A stretch of 64,000 nt of DNA from Asterias rubens (taxonomy: Eukaryota), in the NCBI RefSeq assembly GCF_902459465.1, contig NC_047083.1, positions 4,030,001 to 4,094,000 on the forward strand, in the 5' to 3' direction. This document shows, one piece after another, positions 40,836 through 51,756 of the stretch. Under the pieces are notes generated by a model. The model was not told the DNA's origin and ran no database searches. It saw nothing but the letters and a program-made list of their open reading frames with translations. Position numbers and translations under genes: made by a program. Within the stretch, counting starts at the first letter, position 1. Each line of letters begins with the position of its first letter.

Positions 40836-43800
40836 TGAAAAGAAGGTGTACTTGAACTTTGATTTATTGGTGATCATATACCCGTGGTTCTATAGAGAAA
40901 GCAGAAATTAACCCCAATCAATTATACATATTGGGCTGGTAACAGTAATCATCGTTATACATTATACGCTATGATATGGGCCTACATGTACATTTATATG
41001 CATTGTAACAATGTGGATGTAAACAAATTGAAACGTGAATTACATGGAAAACCAACTTCCCTTAAAATCACCCTTTGTAATAATTAAAACAGTACTCACG
41101 ATTAGGATGTACGCACGGGACTTTGGTGATTAATAAAAGTGATTCGATGATTGGATTAACCTGGATATTTAGGAATTATTTGAGGAATTTACGTGATTAG
41201 TTTGGATTTGGACTTGTAAAATGGCGATTGGTATGATCATGGAAACATTGGAGATTTTGATTCAAGAGAGGGCGCTATAACAAAAACTGTCCTGATGCGG
41301 AGACTTTCTGACAGCCACCCCAAATTTAGGCTCTAAATTTTATCAAACAGAGAAAGTCTTCAAAAGTCCACGATAGGTGTCCATCTCTAGGGGTCTTCAC
41401 TATCGGTGATCTCAGGTAGGCGTATCAGACGCGCAACGGGTCTGGTGTATTCGCGATCAGCGACTTTAACTCTGGCCGCTCGGATGCGATCATCAACTCC
41501 AGGAAGTGTCTCGATGACTCTACCAACTAGCCAATGAGCTCTAGGCTGCTGAGGGTCGGCAATCATGACAACATCGCCACAGGTGAGGTTACGGCAGTCC
41601 TTTTGCCATTTTGGGCGAAGTTGGAGGCTTGGCAGGTAGTATTTCAGGAAATGTGACCAGAACTGGTCCGCTAGTACTTGGCTGTGGCGCCATCGGCGTC
41701 GTCCTATCAGCTCGTCGACAGGGTATACTACTTGTGGAAGTGACTGGTCGTGGCGTCCCATCAGTAGGATATTCGGAGTTATGGGATTGATGTCTGCAAC
41801 ATCAGATGAGATGTAGCCCAATGGCTTGGAATTGAGGATGCCTTCAATTTCTATCAGGACGGTGCGTAGTACGGCTTCGGTGACTGATTGGTCCTTGATT
41901 ACAACCTTGAGACCGTCTTTAATACTCTTGATCTCTCGCTCCCACACTCCGCCGAAGTGAGGTGCACTGGGTGGATTAAACTTGAATCTCACTTTCTGGT
42001 CGCCTAGTTGTGCAGCAAGGTCAGGTTTCATGGCATGGAATGCTTCCTGTAATTCAGTTTCAGCTCCCTTGAAATTGGTTCCGCAATCAGATATCAACTC
42101 ATAGGGCTTCCCTCGTCTGGAAATGAAGCGCCGAAAGGACATCAAGAAGGCATCGGTGTCCAGGCCTTCTAAGAGATCTATATGAATAGCTCTGGTCGTC
42201 ATACACTTGAAGATCACCCCCCACCTTTTCTCGGAGCGGCGACCAATCTTGACATGCATCGGACCGAAACAGTCAACACCGGTAGAGTAGAAGGCTGGCT
42301 TAAATAGACGGAGACGGGACGGAGGAAGATCACCCATCTTTGGTACTTCGGGTTTTGCGCGCCATTTGCGGCATTCAAAGCATTGATGCTGATGACGACG
42401 AATTGCCTCCCTTCCCCGGAGTATCCAAAACTTGCGTCTTAATTCAGCTAGAATACGTTCTGGACCATAGTGAAGAAGCTTCTCGTCATAGTCACGTATT
42501 ATCAGCTTGGTGATGTGGTGATGAGGATCAAGGACAATTGGGTATTTAACAGCATCGGAGAGGATTTCTGCCCTACGTAGTCGTCCTCCAACTCTGATGA
42601 GCTTTGCGGTTTCGTCATAGGCTGGGTCCAACTGTGAGAGCTTGCTCCCGGACGGTATTCCTCGTTTGGCATTTAAGGCAGACAGCTCTTCAGGGAAGCT
42701 TTCGAGTTGACATTTTTGGTACAGAAGATTTTCGATGTCCTCCCGCAACTGTGCTGTGTCATCTCCAGGTTTGGCCACCCCGTGAAGGGATAGTTTGAAA
42801 GCCTCTACCAGAGCGTCCCAGCTGTTGTACTGATGGAGATCGGGCTGCAATGGGTTTTCTACAATGGCAGTCTTACCACAGAAGGTTGCTTTCTTCAGCT
42901 CTGTTGCATCCTCTGTAGGGTCAGTGATTGGACTTTTCGGCCACTGAGACGGAGGTTGACGAAGATAGAGTGGGCCTGTCTTCCATCGGGATTCTTGACT
43001 CAGTTCTTTGAGTGACTTACCCCTGGTAATGTCATCGGCAGGGTTGTTCTGGGTGTCCACATAGCGCCAGTCCTGCACATCTGTAAGGGTCTGTATTTCG
43101 GTGACACGAGTACCAACGAAGACCTTATATCGGCATGATTCTGACTTCAACCACTGCAGGACTGTGGTCGAATCGCTCCATAGGGTGACCTTGTTGATCT
43201 CTAGGGTAAGTTCCTTACGAAGGAGATCGGCTAGTTGTGCACCGGTGAGAGCTGCTGATAACTCGAGTCGTGGCATCGATAGTTGTCTTTTCAGTGCCAC
43301 TCTGGATCGAGACATGAGAAAACTGACGCTGACGTTCCCCTTGTCTTCAGTGCGGAGGTAGGCAACTGATCCGTATACTCGTTCAGATGCGTCACAGAAA
43401 ACATGTAGTTCTCTATTGGAAGTCACTGTGTTGACATCAGGCGGGGTGTAACATCTCGGCAGTTTAACCAGAGGAAGGTCGGAGAGCTCCTCCTCCCAAG
43501 TGAGCCACTGATCACGGATCTTTCCTGGTTCCAGAGGGTCGTCCCAGTCTCGTTTTGTCTTCCAAAGGTCTTGCACTAGCACCTTAGCACGTGCTGTGAA
43601 GGGAGAAATGTAGCCAATTGGATCATACTGGCTAGCAAGAATCTTGTAGATAGTTCGTAGGTTGAGCGTCGAGTACTCAGTTGATCTGTGTTTATAACTG
43701 AGTTCGTCTGTTGAACATTGCCATCGAAGTCCAAGGGTGCCTTCGGACAAGTCGTTCTGACCAAAGGCTAACCAGAGCTCGTAGCCTTCAGATCTGGCAT

Positions 43801-46800
43801 TAGATGGAAGTTCATCAACTACTGAAGGGATGTTGCTGGCCCATTGTCTGATGTTGAAACCACCAGTTGAGAGTAGCTTTCGCATCTTCATAACGAGCTC
43901 CTTTGCTTCGGGTATGGTAGGTTTACTGTCAAGGCAATTGTCGACGTAGAATGCCTGGTCAACTGCACTGCAGACATCCTTGTCATCGCTGACGTGTTTG
44001 CGTAGTGCAAATGTGGCACAGCATGGGCTGCACGTGGTGCCAAATGGTAAAACTTGCCATTCGTAGATATCTGGCTCAACGTCTCGGTTCATCTTACGCC
44101 ATACAAATCGAAGGAGAGGTTTGTCTTCAGGGAGTAGTCTCACTTGATGGAACATTGCCTGAATATCCCCAGATATGGCAACAGGGTGTTGGCGGAATCG
44201 CAGGAATACGCCGAGCAGTGAAGCACCTTGTGTTGGCCCTGGTAGTAGGTGATTGTTGAGGATCTTGCCTTCATACTCGTAAGAGCAGTTGAATACCAAG
44301 CGGTGTTTTCCATTGTGCTCAACTACGTGGTGCGGAATATACCAGGACTCTTCAGTTTTCAGAGCTTCTTCGTTGCTGATGATTTTCACAAAGCCTGTGT
44401 CGACAAGGGTTTGGATAAGCTTGTTGTGAATTTCAGCTTTATCTGGGTGTTTTTGGAGGCGTCTTTCGTTCCGCTTCAGGTTTTGCATGACGGCTTCCTT
44501 AGTAGCTCTGAATTTGTTGTCGTCTTTGGTGCGAAGTAGAGGAGTGGCGTAGCGCTGAACTCCGTCAATCTCTATTCTGATGGTTTTCTCTTCAAGTGCC
44601 GCTATGGCTTGCTTATCTTGTTTCGAGCGAGTGACTTGCTTTTCAGAGTAGGGTAGGATGTCTGCTTGCCAGAGTCGTTCAACATTTTTGAGCAGATCTG
44701 TGGTTGGCTGAAGGGTTGTCGTGAATAAGCACTGTTGCTCTTCTGATTGGCTTTGAAGGAGATTGGCTGGACCCTGTAGAGACCAACCAAGTTTTGTGCA
44801 TACAGCTAATGGTGCTCCTCTGGGGCCAAATCGAACTGGTTGTATCGGGTGAATGAGATCAGCATAGTCTGAACCAATCAGGATTAGTGGGCAAGCCTTA
44901 TTGATCGGAGGCAAGGGTATCTGACGAAGGTGTGACCATCGTTTCTTGAGGGCTTCAACAGGATACGAGTACTCAGAGAGGCACAAGTTGTTGGCAGCAA
45001 AGGCACCATTGATAGGATATCTGACGTCAGAGTTGTCCCTGGGTGACACTTGCAGGTTAACTGATTTTCCTGCACATAGGAATGGCTCACTGTGCACTGT
45101 AGCCAGGAGTATGTTGTCTTCTACCCCAGAAAGCTTCAACGCTTGAACAGCTGGCATCAGGATCATGGTTCTCATTGAACCGTCGTCAAGGATGGCATAG
45201 GTCTCCATCATCCCTCCTGGTCCGTGAAGCAGAACTTTTACCACCTTTAGCATAATATGATGTGGTCGGGAGGGTTGGTCGATGAAGAGGGCTTGCGTTA
45301 CTGCTTCTGTGACGTAAACCTTACTAGCTCCGCTCTGGATGGCAGCATGGAGGGCAGTCAGGTGCTGTTCTTTGCAGGTGTTACAAGGTTTCTTCAGGGT
45401 GCAGTTTTCTGGCTTGTGGGAACGCCCACACCTCCAGCACCTATTCTTTTCCTTGATCCAGTTAATGATCTGTTCGGTTGTCAACTGTTTAAACTCTGTA
45501 CAGCTGTTGAGGTAGTGTGTTGTCTCGTTACACTTGGGACAGTAGGCTTTGGGTCTGTTTGGGCCCTTCTGTCCAGAGTAAGTGGTGTTCGTCGATGGGG
45601 GCATCGTTGGTGTTTCGTTTGTGACGAATACTGCTGTTGCAGGAGCATTCCTCTTCTGAAAGTGTTTATCCTTCTTATCAGTAGAAGGGTTGTCACTCTT
45701 CTGGATAGCAGTAGCCTGACTGACAATTCGCCTCGCTCGGGACTTCGTTTGCAACCAGTTTGCAAAGTGGAGTAGGGTATAGGTGTTGTTTGAGTCTACC
45801 TTAATTATGTCTCTACTAATGCAGTGCTCCACAAATCTATCTCTGTAGCTTGATGGAAGTTTGCTTAGGAGTCGGTCGACATGAGAACCGCACTTTAATT
45901 CATAGCCATTCTCTCCCTCCAGAGATTTAAGCATCCCTACCAATGAATGCACGGAGAGGGAAAAGTTCTCAAAGGCGTCATTGTCGTTGTACTTCACAGG
46001 GGGCATACTCAGGATGGAGTTGATTTCACTCTGTATCAACTGCCGTGGTTGACCGTACCTTTCTTTCAAGGCTTGCAGAGCTGCAGTGTATGGCTTGGCT
46101 TCATGGATGAAAGCTTCGGCTAACCTCTTGATGTTCCCGCTGAGTTTACCCAGCAAAACCTGGTACTTGTACGGCTCGGTTAAGTGGGGATGAACGTCGA
46201 TCAGGTTATCGAGTGCCATTTTTAGGAGGGCAAAGTCTTTCTCCTTTCCACTGCTGAAGGTAGGTAGTACTGGCCTTGGTATGCCATATGAAGAGGCAAT
46301 CAGCATCTCCGTGGAGTTCGGCATCATCATTTGTGCTGGAGCTGGCCCCATTGGATGTGATGGAGCCGGGTACGGTTGTGCGAAGGGGTTTGGAAAAGGT
46401 GGTGCCCAACCAACCGACTGTGTTGGTGCAGTCATAGGGTACGGATTGGTAACTGCCGGCTGCATGGACGGTGGTGTTACTTTAGATGGAGAATAAACAG
46501 CCGGAATGGTGACATCAACTACGTGTACTTCAGCTTTGTGCTTATGAGCTGCAGTATTGCTGTATGTAGGGAAATCACTCAAGTTGTCTATGTGAGTATT
46601 CTCAGCACTGACTGTGATTGTTTGACCCTGGGTTGGTGAGTCAGACAATGTTGTTTGGTTGATAGAAGATGGGGTCACAGTTTGATGCTGTTTCTCTATC
46701 TCTGGTTCTGGATCACTGTTGACCATGGCTGTGATCAGTCGTGCTTCATTTAGCTGTTGTTCCACTTCTCGCAATCTTCTTTGTCTTGATAGTCGTGTGT

Positions 46801-47976
46801 TCAGAGACTCGCGCTGACGAAAAGCATTTCGCTCAATTTCTTCGGCACGTCTACGAGCCGCAAGGGCTTCTTCGTCTGCGTGTATCCGTGCGGCATATGC
46901 CTCATCGTCTAGCCTTTGTAACTCTTCATCTGCTGATTGATCTTCCTCAATCTGGCGTTTCATCTCTTCCAGTTCAGCCTGTTTGCGTTGCTGTTTGAGT
47001 TTCGCTGATTGGGAGTCACTCAGTATTGACTTGAAGGAAGATTTACTGTGACGGGACTGTCCGCTGTAGAGTGAGTTCGATGAGTGAGAACTCCTCCGTG
47101 AACGAGATGTTTGTGTGGTTACAACGCTACGTTCATCTGTTCTGCCGGAAGTTGAAGGATGGTGGTCAATAACAAAGTCCTGAAAGTGGGCCGGCATACG
47201 TCTGTCCCGAGAGGACCGAGAACGGGATTGGACGGTAACAGCACTTGTCTGTAGTCCAACTGCTGCAGCTGTAGCTGTGCTGCAAACCCCGGTAGAGGAA
47301 GGTGAGGTCTCGACGATGGTGACAGTAACTGGGACTGGATGTGTACTGGTAGCTGGACTTGCAACTGGAATAGTAACACCGCCAATGGTAACTGCATGGG
47401 TATCATCAAGAGGGGTTGTCTGGTTAATGTTCTCGGTCTCCATTTCATTCGTAGCCATAGCTGTAGGTCGCTGGTTCAAATACGGGCTCGAAGGACCATG
47501 AAAAGAAGGTGTACTTGAACTTTGATTTATTGGTGATCATATACCCGTGGTTCTATAGAGAAAGCAGAAATTAACCCCAATCAATTATACATATTGGGCT
47601 GGTAACAGTAATCATCGTTATACATTATACGCTATGATATGGGCCTACATGTACATTTATATGCATTGTAACAATGTGGATGTAAACAAATTGAAACGTG
47701 AATTACATGGAAAACCAACTTCCCTTAAAATCACCCTTTGTAATAATTAAAACAGTACTCACGATTAGGATGTACGCACGGGACTTTGGTGATTAATAAA
47801 AGTGATTCGATGATTGGATTAACCTGGATATTTAGGAATTATTTGAGGAATTTACGTGATTAGTTTGGATTTGGACTTGTAAAATGGCGATTGGTATGAT
47901 CATGGAAACATTGGAGATTTTGATTCAAGAGAGGGCGCTATAACAAAAACTGTCCTGATGCGGAGACTTTCTGACA
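40836..47976 (-). mobile_element. Full-length BEL/Pao LTR retrotransposon, apparently intact and very recent
   Basis: 478-bp LTRs (40836-41313, 47499-47976) with TG...CA ends and no difference seen by eye; PBS TGGTCCTTCGAGCCC (47484-47498); PPT ggggtggc (41314-41321); GCCA flanks at 40832-40835 and 47977-47980. Confidence 0.97.
41387..47479 (-). CDS. BEL/Pao Gag-Pol polyprotein (~2020 aa; first true ATG at 47458)
   Basis: Single ORF with domain order Gag, three Cys/His knuckles (CPKC...HYLNSC, CWRCGRSH...C, CNTCKEQHLTALH), protease (AILDDGS), RT (DIQAMF, LPFG, FYVDN), RNase H (FCDAS, LELSAA, WSDS), integrase (H..LLH, CFEC, GVDCFGP, SDCGTNF, GGVWERE) and a C-terminal WSHF...Y...LQ.R.KW block; no env ORF. 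Confidence 0.96.
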   Translation of the reverse strand: MNQRPTAMATNEMETENINQTTPLDDTHAVTIGGVTIPVASPATSTHPVPVTVTIVETSPSSTGVCSTATAAAVGLQTSAVTVQSRSRSSRDRRMPAHFQDFVIDHHPSTSGRTDERSVVTTQTSRSRRSSHSSNSLYSGQSRHSKSSFKSILSDSQSAKLKQQRKQAELEEMKRQIEEDQSADEELQRLDDEAYAARIHADEEALAARRRAEEIERNAFRQRESLNTRLSRQRRLREVEQQLNEARLITAMVNSDPEPEIEKQHQTVTPSSINQTTLSDSPTQGQTITVSAENTHIDNLSDFPTYSNTAAHKHKAEVHVVDVTIPAVYSPSKVTPPSMQPAVTNPYPMTAPTQSVGWAPPFPNPFAQPYPAPSHPMGPAPAQMMMPNSTEMLIASSYGIPRPVLPTFSSGKEKDFALLKMALDNLIDVHPHLTEPYKYQVLLGKLSGNIKRLAEAFIHEAKPYTAALQALKERYGQPRQLIQSEINSILSMPPVKYNDNDAFENFSLSVHSLVGMLKSLEGENGYELKCGSHVDRLLSKLPSSYRDRFVEHCISRDIIKVDSNNTYTLLHFANWLQTKSRARRIVSQATAIQKSDNPSTDKKDKHFQKRNAPATAVFVTNETPTMPPSTNTTYSGQKGPNRPKAYCPKCNETTHYLNSCTEFKQLTTEQIINWIKEKNRCWRCGRSHKPENCTLKKPCNTCKEQHLTALHAAIQSGASKVYVTEAVTQALFIDQPSRPHHIMLKVVKVLLHGPGGMMETYAILDDGSMRTMILMPAVQALKLSGVEDNILLATVHSEPFLCAGKSVNLQVSPRDNSDVRYPINGAFAANNLCLSEYSYPVEALKKRWSHLRQIPLPPINKACPLILIGSDYADLIHPIQPVRFGPRGAPLAVCTKLGWSLQGPANLLQSQSEEQQCLFTTTLQPTTDLLKNVERLWQADILPYSEKQVTRSKQDKQAIAALEEKTIRIEIDGVQRYATPLLRTKDDNKFRATKEAVMQNLKRNERRLQKHPDKAEIHNKLIQTLVDTGFVKIISNEEALKTEESWYIPHHVVEHNGKHRLVFNCSYEYEGKILNNHLLPGPTQGASLLGVFLRFRQHPVAISGDIQAMFHQVRLLPEDKPLLRFVWRKMNRDVEPDIYEWQVLPFGTTCSPCCATFALRKHVSDDKDVCSAVDQAFYVDNCLDSKPTIPEAKELVMKMRKLLSTGGFNIRQWASNIPSVVDELPSNARSEGYELWLAFGQNDLSEGTLGLRWQCSTDELSYKHRSTEYSTLNLRTIYKILASQYDPIGYISPFTARAKVLVQDLWKTKRDWDDPLEPGKIRDQWLTWEEELSDLPLVKLPRCYTPPDVNTVTSNRELHVFCDASERVYGSVAYLRTEDKGNVSVSFLMSRSRVALKRQLSMPRLELSAALTGAQLADLLRKELTLEINKVTLWSDSTTVLQWLKSESCRYKVFVGTRVTEIQTLTDVQDWRYVDTQNNPADDITRGKSLKELSQESRWKTGPLYLRQPPSQWPKSPITDPTEDATELKKATFCGKTAIVENPLQPDLHQYNSWDALVEAFKLSLHGVAKPGDDTAQLREDIENLLYQKCQLESFPEELSALNAKRGIPSGSKLSQLDPAYDETAKLIRVGGRLRRAEILSDAVKYPIVLDPHHHITKLIIRDYDEKLLHYGPERILAELRRKFWILRGREAIRRHQHQCFECRKWRAKPEVPKMGDLPPSRLRLFKPAFYSTGVDCFGPMHVKIGRRSEKRWGVIFKCMTTRAIHIDLLEGLDTDAFLMSFRRFISRRGKPYELISDCGTNFKGAETELQEAFHAMKPDLAAQLGDQKVRFKFNPPSAPHFGGVWEREIKSIKDGLKVVIKDQSVTEAVLRTVLIEIEGILNSKPLGYISSDVADINPITPNILLMGRHDQSLPQVVYPVDELIGRRRWRHSQVLADQFWSHFLKYYLPSLQLRPKWQKDCRNLTCGDVVMIADPQQPRAHWLVGRVIETLPGVDDRIRAARVKVADREYTRPVARLIRLPEITDSEDP

Positions 47977-48305
47977 GCCACCCTGCAAAAATAAGGGGAA
48001 ATGAAGTCCAACATCCATGTAATGTATAATGATCCCTTTAAATTGCAGTTGGATGATATGGACATTTTGCCTTATTTGAACTTGGGGTCACCAGTTGCTT
48101 TTGAGTATGTTTTAGGTAAGGGATCATGTTGCATTATTAATCGAATATTTATATGGGACGTTTTTTCGGAAGTTATTTAAATTAATAAACGGTAATGTGT
48201 TGGTTGATTAACTATGATTCTATCTTTGGATTTATTTGTCTGGCGTTTCTGCGGAGCAGTGCCTTAAATTAGGGTAGTCGTGAGAGTTGTCGGGGACGGT
48301 CCAAT

Positions 48306-49241
48306 TCAAAAACGTTTCGGTGGTTTATACAACAGCAAGATGTCACTGAGGATTTGGTCGAAGTGGTCGACCCGGGCATTCTTACGGCGCCACATGTATT
48401 CGGCCAACCGGAAACCGAAGCCGTCGGTAGAGCTGGTAGTGTGGGTGCTCGGCAGACTCGTCTTGATCTGCCACCACTGGCACTCAATATTTTGAGTATG
48501 AGCGCCAGTGGTGGGATCAACGAAATTTAAGGAGTGATTTACCGTGAGATGAGTAAAATTTTCCTGACTGAGGCAATCATACGCTTTCCAACAGTCCGAT
48601 ATGATTGTGGATCCAGCGGCCACATATTCCTTAATTAAAGGAATAAAGGTCGCTAAATCCCGCTTTGGCACCTCAATCAGGAAAATTTCCTATGTCTCAC
48701 GGAAAATGCCGCCTAACACCCACTTACCCTCGACCAAACGACCTCGGTTGTATTTCCGGCGACCGAATTTTGACTCGTCGATTTCGACCGTCATGCCCGG
48801 CCCACCAATCCCCTTGCTGTACCGTTCCTCGACGACACGAAGACAAACCTCGCGGCAAAAAGTGAACCAGTCCACGACAGTTTTACTACTGGTTTGTTCA
48901 CCTTCGTGGACTGATGTTTCTCTAATTGCCGCAGAGGTTGTCGCTCGTGCCGCCCAGTAGTAGGTGAGCTTGAGGATTTTTTTCAGTGACATCTTGCTGT
49001 GGCTAAACCAGCTGTCATGACGGATGCTGCAACTGCGAGACCGCTTCCGGCACCCCCGATGTGTGCACCGCCACGAGAACCCGTCGGCACGGTCCGTCTT
49101 CACGGACCATGTCAACGGGTGGCGGCAGTACCGACAATCGGGGGCGTCGGCAATAAGTCCACGTTCTTTGCAGAACGCAATTGCAGCATCCGGCGTGGCA
49201 ACAGTCTCAAACAATCTCTCAGCATTCCAAAAGGTAGTCAT
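48306..49241 (-). pseudogene. Merlin (IS1016/ISXO2-like) DDE transposase, 311 codons, one in-frame TAG at 48690-48692
   Basis: The two ORF-track pieces are in one frame (GGIFRET*EIFLIEVPKRD). Motifs: CRYC...C...C zinc finger, VEIDESKFGRRKYNRGR, ISDCWKAY, TVNHS..FVDP.TGAHTQNIECQW. TIRs not found. Confidence 0.92.
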
Positions 49242-49593
49242 GGTTCAACTTAGAAAGCATGACAAGATGACTTCAAGACTTCAAGAGCTTCCTAATATAG
49301 CCCAAAAGAACAATTGGGAGACTTTCTAAATAATGACTCTTGGTGATAACGTGCGTCCTCGGTGGAACTCCCCTCGGGACTCATACTAGTGGAACAATCC
49401 AAAATAACCTTTCACGTGACTGATGTGTGAAGGAGTTCGTCATTCAGGACGGTATGAATATTCAACTTATGCAAAGCACTGGACAATCACAGCTTATTTT
49501 AATAATCATTAAAATTACATATTCATTATGACCTTTATTGACCCAGGTATATGGCAAACACATCTAGGACAGACAACTAAATTTGGTATCAAC

Positions 49594-49682
49594 GCCTCGT
49601 AGCCCGGTGGGTTAGGCTATGGACTATTGAATGTATAATAACTTGTTAACTCTGCTTTACAGGTTCGACTCCCGGTACTGCA
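49594..49682 (+). other. Degenerate tRNA-like pol III cassette
   Basis: A-box-like tagcccggtgggttagg and B box ggttcgactcccgg separated by ~45 AT-rich nt. Confidence 0.4.
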
Positions 49683-51756
49683 TTACATTATTTCATTGAT
49701 TACTAACTATCCATTTCTTCCAGCAGAGACACCAGATAGAGATACATGGAGACTGGATGAGAGAGAAGGCAGTATGGAGGAGAGAAGGGAGAAACGGGAC
49801 CTGTAGAAAAATCATGGGGTGTTTTTTTACATAAATTTTTTAGAGTTTAAAGTTTTTTTGTTTTTTTTTTAACCGATCCCCTATAAAAAACACTTTTTCA
49901 AAATTATTCATCCTAGCCCAATCGATTGAAAACATCCTCAGGTGCAAAAAAAAAAAGAAAAAAAGTTGGTGGCGAGGTCGTAAAATTTGTCCTATTAAAC
50001 TAACAATAACAATAGTAAGTAACCCTCCGGCCTGGCGCGGCCGTCGGGAGGAGGGTTACGTTATATCGCAACTATTGTTACTAACACCGCGGTAGCAAAT
50101 GACCCATCCCATTTACCTACCCATAATAACGCATTGCAGTTCTGCATCGCGATTAAGTTAAACCTTATTTATCTGTTTATGCCGGTATGGTGTCTACTAC
50201 AATACAAACTGTCATAAATCAATGTATGTTAAATATAAATTGTAAAACAAACAAAAAACAGGGGTTTAGGCCTACTTTTGTTATAATTATTATTTATATC
50301 AACCATGGGAGGAATATCAAATTCATTCAGTTTAAGGAATAAAATATGATCCAATCCAAAGTATAGTCATGTTGGGCGCAGCGCGATCGGTTGATCGCGC
50401 AGATTGACCGATCGCGCCCAACAGTCACACTCACAGACACCCCTAACATGACTACTGCGCTAGTGTGCAGTGCAGTGAGTGAGTTATGGTTACCAGTTAC
50501 ACTTTTATTGTAATAGTTTTGCAAGACTGGCCGGGTGAGATCTAACTTGCAATTATTGCTCAATCTTACTTACCTTCACTATGTTTGCCAACTGACGAAA
50601 CAGAGTGCAACATTGGTGGTTTTAGAGTAAGCTTGATGTGGCTCGTTTGTAGTGCAATCGTTATCGTGTGTGTGGAGACTGAAGAAGGATGCTCAGCAAA
50701 CTGTCTACAATGTTAGACCGCCCTCTGTTGGTCACACTCTACTACTGAAAAGGTGATACTAGACTTGTCCCCAGTCCTTACCTGACAGAACGTAGGCCTT
50801 TTTGCGAATCGATCTCTTAGAAAACTCCCGCGCATGCGCAATATCAACTGCGAAAAGGCTTACTTTGGTATAAAAGTGTGACTACGAAATTGCCCCTGTC
50901 GTAGTAGTGCTTTTCATGGGGATTTGTTGAAAAACAGAATCAGGACATTTTTGAGGATGGCAATCTTAAGTGCAGAAAAAATTGCGTCCAGGCTAGGACC
51001 TTCTCGACTGATCCCCTGTCTTATCGATGTGTGCTTTAGGGTCCCCTAGTCTTTGCCGAGTTTCGTTCATGTATTAGTCTTTATCGAGGCGCACCCGGCG
51101 GCGGCACCCCTAGACTTGATGACAAGTCGTTAGGCGCTGCCTATTTGTCTGTCTTTCATGCAACAGTCACAGTGCGATGTTACACATGCAACAGTCGTAG
51201 GTAGCGCGAGGCACACACATACTGGGATCGAGGGTGTGTGCATCGTCCCCGTAGTTACGCCGCGCTGTAACTACACACCGCGCTTAACAATTACCGTCTT
51301 GACTTCAAGACTATACGGCAGCCCCGAAGTCACTGAAAGTAATGGGGTCCTGCTTGATGGGGTGCCGCGTGCGCCTCGACAAGGCTATTCATCATGTATC
51401 TGCTTCTTTGAAACCACTGTAACCCCTCTGGCTGGTGTTAAAAACTTATGTTCAACAGTCTACAGCTTTGTGCAATTAACTGAAACTTAAAATATCAACA
51501 TAAACCACAAGAGAAACTGACTGAGTAAATTAATTGGGCAATAATTTTTGGGGTTGAACAAAGAATTGACACGAATGGGATGTGAACCAACGACCTCCGG
51601 TGCGGATTAAACGTGTTGGCATTTTTGTCAATATCTTTGTTCGGGGATGCCAGTCAGAAGCCATACAACCGTTAACTGCCGTGTAGCCAGGGGTCACACC
51701 CAAAATACGAAACAACCTGGAAAGAGGCAGCCAAGGGACCACCTTAAGGGGATGCG

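Noticed and set aside
41314-41386. env-like gene in the BEL element
   Set aside because: Only 73 bp separate the pol stop from the LTR.
42604-47501. Numerous short ORFs overlapping the BEL polyprotein on both strands
   Set aside because: Shadow frames of a long coding region with no recognisable motifs.
48665-48700. Programmed frameshift between two Merlin ORFs
   Set aside because: Both parts lie in one frame separated by a single TAG; no frameshift is needed.
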